A DNA stretch of 64,000 nucleotides from a virus: IMG/VR virus record IMGVR_UViG_3300001848_000349, positions 481 to 64,480 of that record; one strand, written 5' to 3'. Both the position numbers and the translations under genes were made by a program. Shown here one piece after another: positions 13,201 through 19,200 of the stretch; the first letter of the stretch is position 1, and each line of letters begins with the position of its first letter. The notes under the pieces were generated by a model that was not told where the DNA came from, searched no databases, and saw only the letters and a list, made by a program, of their open reading frames with translations.

Positions 13201-16200
13201 TGTTAGAACCATTGATATACCAATTTCTCATAGCAAGAACTGCTAAATCTTTAGCTTTCTTGAATGTTTCGATACTTTGAATTAACTGATTACCAATGCT
13301 ATCTAAGTGACCAGCAGCATCTCTATAATAAGTAGCAGCTCTAATAGTCTCGGAGTTTCCACCATACCTTAAATCATGAATAAGAGCATCTAATACATAT
13401 CCAATATCTCTCTTACATGTAGCATTATTGTATTGTGAAACAAGTTCAAGATAACCAGTTGATGGAGTAAGAGTAGTTAGATAAGGATATCTGTCTTCAA
13501 TATATCCTACTGCTTCATCAGCAATGAATGTCTTGTTAGCAGCAATACTATTAGCAGCATCAAACCATGGAGCACCTACATTGCTGTAGGTGAAGTACAG
13601 AGTTGCTGAAGAAGTAGAAACACTAGCATTAAATGCTGTAGCAGTTAAAGATTGTGATCTTCCTAAGGTTACTGTATTATTGGTTCTGTTAATTCCAATT
13701 ACGTAAGCATAGGTATTGCCATTTGTATATCTAAATTGATTGGCAGATACTCTCATTCCAAGAACAACACCATCAGTATTTGGTAGAGTAACTACATTAT
13801 TGTTGTTTACTGTGGTACAATTTCTAATTTCAAAGTTCCAATTTCTAGCAGCAGCAACAGAAAGATGTTTAGCATACTCATAAATGTGTAGAGTTTTTGC
13901 TAGTTCGTTATTGACATAGGTTACGTTTCCTGTAGCACCAGAAATATAAGCATCAGCAGCAGTTGTGATACCTGTGTTACCACCTAGAATTGTATCTTTT
14001 TGTACTGCTCTTAGAATAAAACGAAGATCTCTCTTACATTTTGTTATGCTAGGAATTGAAGTTGATGGATATTGATTTTCTCCAGCAGCAAGAGCTTCTT
14101 CAATAATGAACTTCTCATTAATAGCAATTTGATTGGCAGCATCTAAGAATCTATTTGAAGCATTTCCTGATAGAATATCAACAATTAAATCAAATCTATT
14201 TGTAATGTCAGAAGCTACGTTAGTACAATATGGTATATTTGTATCTTCAATTACGAATGGATCTTGTACATAATCTAAATCAGCATACTGTTTTACATAG
14301 TATTGCTTTTGAGGAAACTCTTTCCAGTTTCTCATAGCAAGAATACATAGATCTCTTGTCTTTCTGAAAGCAGATAGAGATTGAATTAACTGACCATCAA
14401 TAAATGTGATTGGACCATTGCCACCAGTTTTGTAGTTGTTAGCATAAGTAATGCTATTTTTGTTTGATCCTAGTGTGATATCATTAATCACAGCATCAAT
14501 CATGTACTTGATGTCTCTAATACACTTCTGTTCGTTTAGAGAATAAGTGCCTCTCGAAACTGTAATTGAATTTAATGCTGTTAAATTACCAGCAGTAACA
14601 GTTGTAGTTACAATAGAAACTAGAGTTGTAATATTAGAAGCAACGTTAGCACATGATCTTACATCATAGTTATCGTTAGTTACAGCATCAGGAGTAATTG
14701 TAAAGTCTCTGTAAAGCAATTGATTTCTCATGGCATCAATCATGAGATCTCTAGCTTTGTTGAATGCTGTTACTGATTGATTTTCTTCTCCAGATAATCC
14801 GTTTGTAATTGGATTTCCTTCTTGGAAATAATAACGGGCAGCATTAATTGTACGCCAGTTAGATCCGTCGTAAACATCATCAGCGACGGCATCTACAATG
14901 TAACCTAGGTCTCTAGCACAAATAGATTCACCAGGATTGAATACTCCAGTATTTACTGTTGATTGATCTAGAGATAGAAGATTACCAGCAGTAAGTGTTG
15001 AATTGATGAACGTTGATAGAGTATCTAAAGCAGCCTGAACATCAGTACAAGAAGCAGCATTACCAGATTGAGATACTGGGATGTTACCACCACCTCCACC
15101 ATAATTAGCAGGACCAGAAGTTAATGTTAAATCTTTAGTATAAAGTTGATTAGTAACTGCTTTCTTCATCATGGTGTTTGCCATGGCAAAAGCAGTAACC
15201 GAAGGACCTTCTTCTCCAAGTAATCCATTTGTTAATGGGGAAGAAACATTAGTGAAGTATTGGGTTACAAAATCACGAGAATATTTGTTTCCTTTTGTGA
15301 AAAGATCAAGTGAAACAGCATCAGTGAAGAATCCAATATCACGCTTACACTTTAATTGATTTGGTGATGGTGATCCTTGACTTGAAGCAGCAAGGAATTG
15401 TGCTGCTGTAGAACCACCTAGATTACCAGCAGTGATAGTTGAGGTAACCGTAGCAGTTAATGTATCTACAAATGTTCTTACGTTAGCACAAGAAATATCA
15501 CTTACGTTTGAACCAGTTAAAGGATCAGCAGTAATTGTTTTATCTTTAAAATAAAGTTGGTTTGTGATGGCACCTTTGATTACATCTCTTGCTTTATTGA
15601 AAGCAATGTTTGAAGGTAGTTGCTCTCCATTTAATCCAGCACTAATCCAAGTAGTACCATCTGGTGTGAAGTAATAAGTTAAGAATTTTCTGACGTTGTA
15701 GTTACCACCTTGCTTGAGATCTTTCTCAATGGCATCTACAAAGTAACCTACATCACGCTTACACTTAGTTTCTCCAGGTGTAATTGTGGCAGATACTTCA
15801 GCAGGTAGTCCTGTTAAAGTACCAGCATTAATTACAGAAGTTACAATTGTTGTTAATGTATCAACAGCAGTTCTTACGTTAGCACATGATGTTTCATCAT
15901 TATTTGAGTTTGTTGTTGGGTCAGCAGTGATTGTAAAGTCTTTTGTATAAAGTTGGTTTGTAATTGCCAACTTCATAATATCCCTTGCTTTATTGAAAGC
16001 AACAATTGATTGTGCTTCTTCTCCTAAAAGACCGTTTGAAATTGGAGAACCATTATTAAAGTATTGTTGTACGAATTTTCTTGTGTAAACGTTTCCACTT
16101 CCTTGGCAGATATCTAAAGAAATAGCATCAATAAAATAACCGATGTCACGCTTACACTTGGATTCGCCAGCAGGAATTGTACCTGTTGTTTCTGCTGGTA

Positions 16201-19200
16201 GACCATTAACATTTCCTGCTGTAATAACTGATGTAACTACAGATGCTAAAGTATCAATAGCAGTTCTTACGTTAGCACAAGAATTTGGATTAGTGTTTGA
16301 TGGACTACCAGAAGAAGGAGATGGGTCTGCTGTGATTGTTAAATCTTTGATTGTTAACTGGTTTGTGATAGCAGACTTCATCAAGTCACGAGCTTTATTG
16401 AAAGCAACGTTTGATTGTGCTTCTTCTCCTACAAGACCATTTGAAATAGGATTACCATTATTAAAATACTGTAGGATAAACTTACGAGTATATCTGTTAC
16501 CACCACCTTGAGCGATATCTAGAGAAAGAGCATCAATAAAGTAACCTAAGTCACGCTTACATTTTGTAGGACTTGGGTTTACAAATGTTGGGTATTGAAC
16601 GGCAATTTGAGCAAATGCTGTATCAATAATTTCTTGTCTGTTTAATTGAATTAAACGATACGAATCTTTGAATCTTGATGTTGAATTTGATTGTGTATCA
16701 CCAGGATAGTAGAAGTCTGGATACTGTACACCAATTTCAGCAGCTGCTCTATCAATAATTTCTTGTCTGTTCTGCTGAATTAAACGATACGAATCTTTAA
16801 ATCTATTTACAGCATTGCTGGCAGAATCACCAGGAATTACAAAGTTATTTCCCCAAGCAGTTTCGCTGTACTGAGCAGAGATTTCAGCAACAGCGCGGTC
16901 AATGATTTCTTGCTTGTTGTTGTAAACTAGATTGGCGGCATCTTGGAATCTATCATTATATCCAGAAACTTTTGCTGCTAAACTGTTTAAATTGCCAGCA
17001 GTGATTGGACCAGTAATTACAGTGGTTAGGGTATCAATCGTAGTCTGTACATCAGCACAAGAAGCAGCATTACCAGATTGAGATACTGGAATGTTACCAC
17101 CAGATCCACCATAGGTAGCAGGTCCAGCAGTTAAAGTTAGATCTTTTGTATAAAGTTGATTAGTAATCGCCTTCTTCATCATGTCACGAGCCATGTTGAA
17201 AGCAACTACAGATTGTGCTTCTTCTCCTACCAATCCATTGCTTAATGGAGTTGTGGCATTAGTGAAGTATGATTGAACAAATTTTCTGCTGTAAGTATTT
17301 CCACCAAGGAAAACATCTAAAGCAACAGCATCAATTAAGAATCCTAAATCTCTCTTACACTTAGATTCACCAGCAGGAATGCTTCCTGTAGTTTCTGATG
17401 GAAGACCTGTGAGATTACCAGCGGTAATTCTATCAGTAATTAACGTTGTTAAGTTTGTAATTGCTGTTTGAACATTGGCACAAGATGCTGGATTAGTATT
17501 GGATCCAGTATCTGGATCAGCAGTTACAGTCAAATCTTTGATTGCTAATTGGTTAGCAATCGCTTTTTTCATTTCATCACGGGCTTTATTGAAAGCAGCA
17601 ATCGATTGTGCTTCTTCTCCTACTAAACCGTTGCTGAGTGGAGTTGTAGCATTAGTGAAGTATTGTTGAATAAACTTACGTGAATATACATTTCCTCCAC
17701 CTTGAGCAATATCAAGAGAAACAGCATCAATAAAGTAACCTAAGTCACGCTTACACTTGGTTCCATTCGTATCACCAGGAATAGAACCACCAGAAGCAGC
17801 ATAAGCAGTATTGATAATACTTGTTTTATTTTGTTGAATCAGACGATAAGCATCTTTAAATCTTGAAGTTGCTGTAGTTTGAGAATCACCAGGATAATAA
17901 AAATCTGGATATTGAATAGCAATTTCAGCAGCTGCTCTATCAATAATTTCTTGTTTGTTTTGCTTGATTAATCTATAAGCATCAAAGAATCTGCTACGTG
18001 GATTTGTCTGAACATCGCCAGGGAAGTAGAAGTCTGGATATTGTACAGCAATTTCAGCAGCTGCTGTATCAACAATCTCTTCTTTGTTTTGTTGAATTAA
18101 ACGATAACCATCAAAGAATCTGCTATTAGCATTAGTTTGGTCATCTCCAGGGAAGTAGAAATCAGGATACTGTACTCCAACTTCAGCAAGAGCTTTCTCA
18201 ATGATATATGTACGATTCTTTTTGATGAGATTTGAAGCATCCTTAAATCTCATTGAGTCATCTAGATATACATCTGGACGAACAACAATATTTTCTACAA
18301 CACCTTTTACTGCTTTGCTTATGTAAATTCTAGAAGTTTCTGTTGCAAAAGAAGTAATATAAGTGTTATCTTGAATATTAGCACCACTAATTAATTGACC
18401 AACTTTTAAATTAGTGAAACTTGATACTTGTAAATATGCTGGATAAGCATCAACAGCACTATTTGTAACTACGTTTTTATTGAACGTAGGTAGAGGATAA
18501 GCAAATCCTTTGTAAGTATCTTTTAACCAACCAGTTACTTCCTGAGCAATAAAATCTTTATTTGATTCAATTAAATTAGCAGCATCGAAATAACGATATG
18601 CTACGTTATTAGTTACAATTTTTTGAATTAATGTGAATAAAGAATTTAGAGCAGATGCTACGTTAGTACATTCTGGGAATTCTGGATAATCTGTAGTTCT
18701 AGGAACAAGGTTATCAAACCATAGAGGAGTGAATGAAGTTTGTCCTTCAGTTAATTTTAAATTAGTTGGTCTTTGACCAGTTCCAAAAGAATGATCCGAA
18801 CCAGATTGACCAGTAGCATATTTCCAAATAATGAATTGAGTTGGAGAAACTACTTCCTTAATGTAGTAATCTGATTCTACTTCATTGCTTTCATTATATG
18901 TGTAAACTCTCATTTTTGGAACTAATCCAAGAGTAGAAGCAACTTCTACTACATCACTTCCTGCTTTGAAAGTACAATTAATTTTTGTCTTCCAGTTCCT
19001 CATGGCAAGGACACAGTAATCTCTTGCTAATTGGAAAGCATAGCTAGATTGTCTGTGCTGATTATCAATTAGATATAAAGAGTTATTAGCATTATTAATA
19101 TAAGTTTTTGCTGCTTCAATACTAAGAGCATTTCCTCCATATGGAAGATCAGCAATTACGGCATTAATAACATGTTTAATATCTCTCTTACACTTGTTCT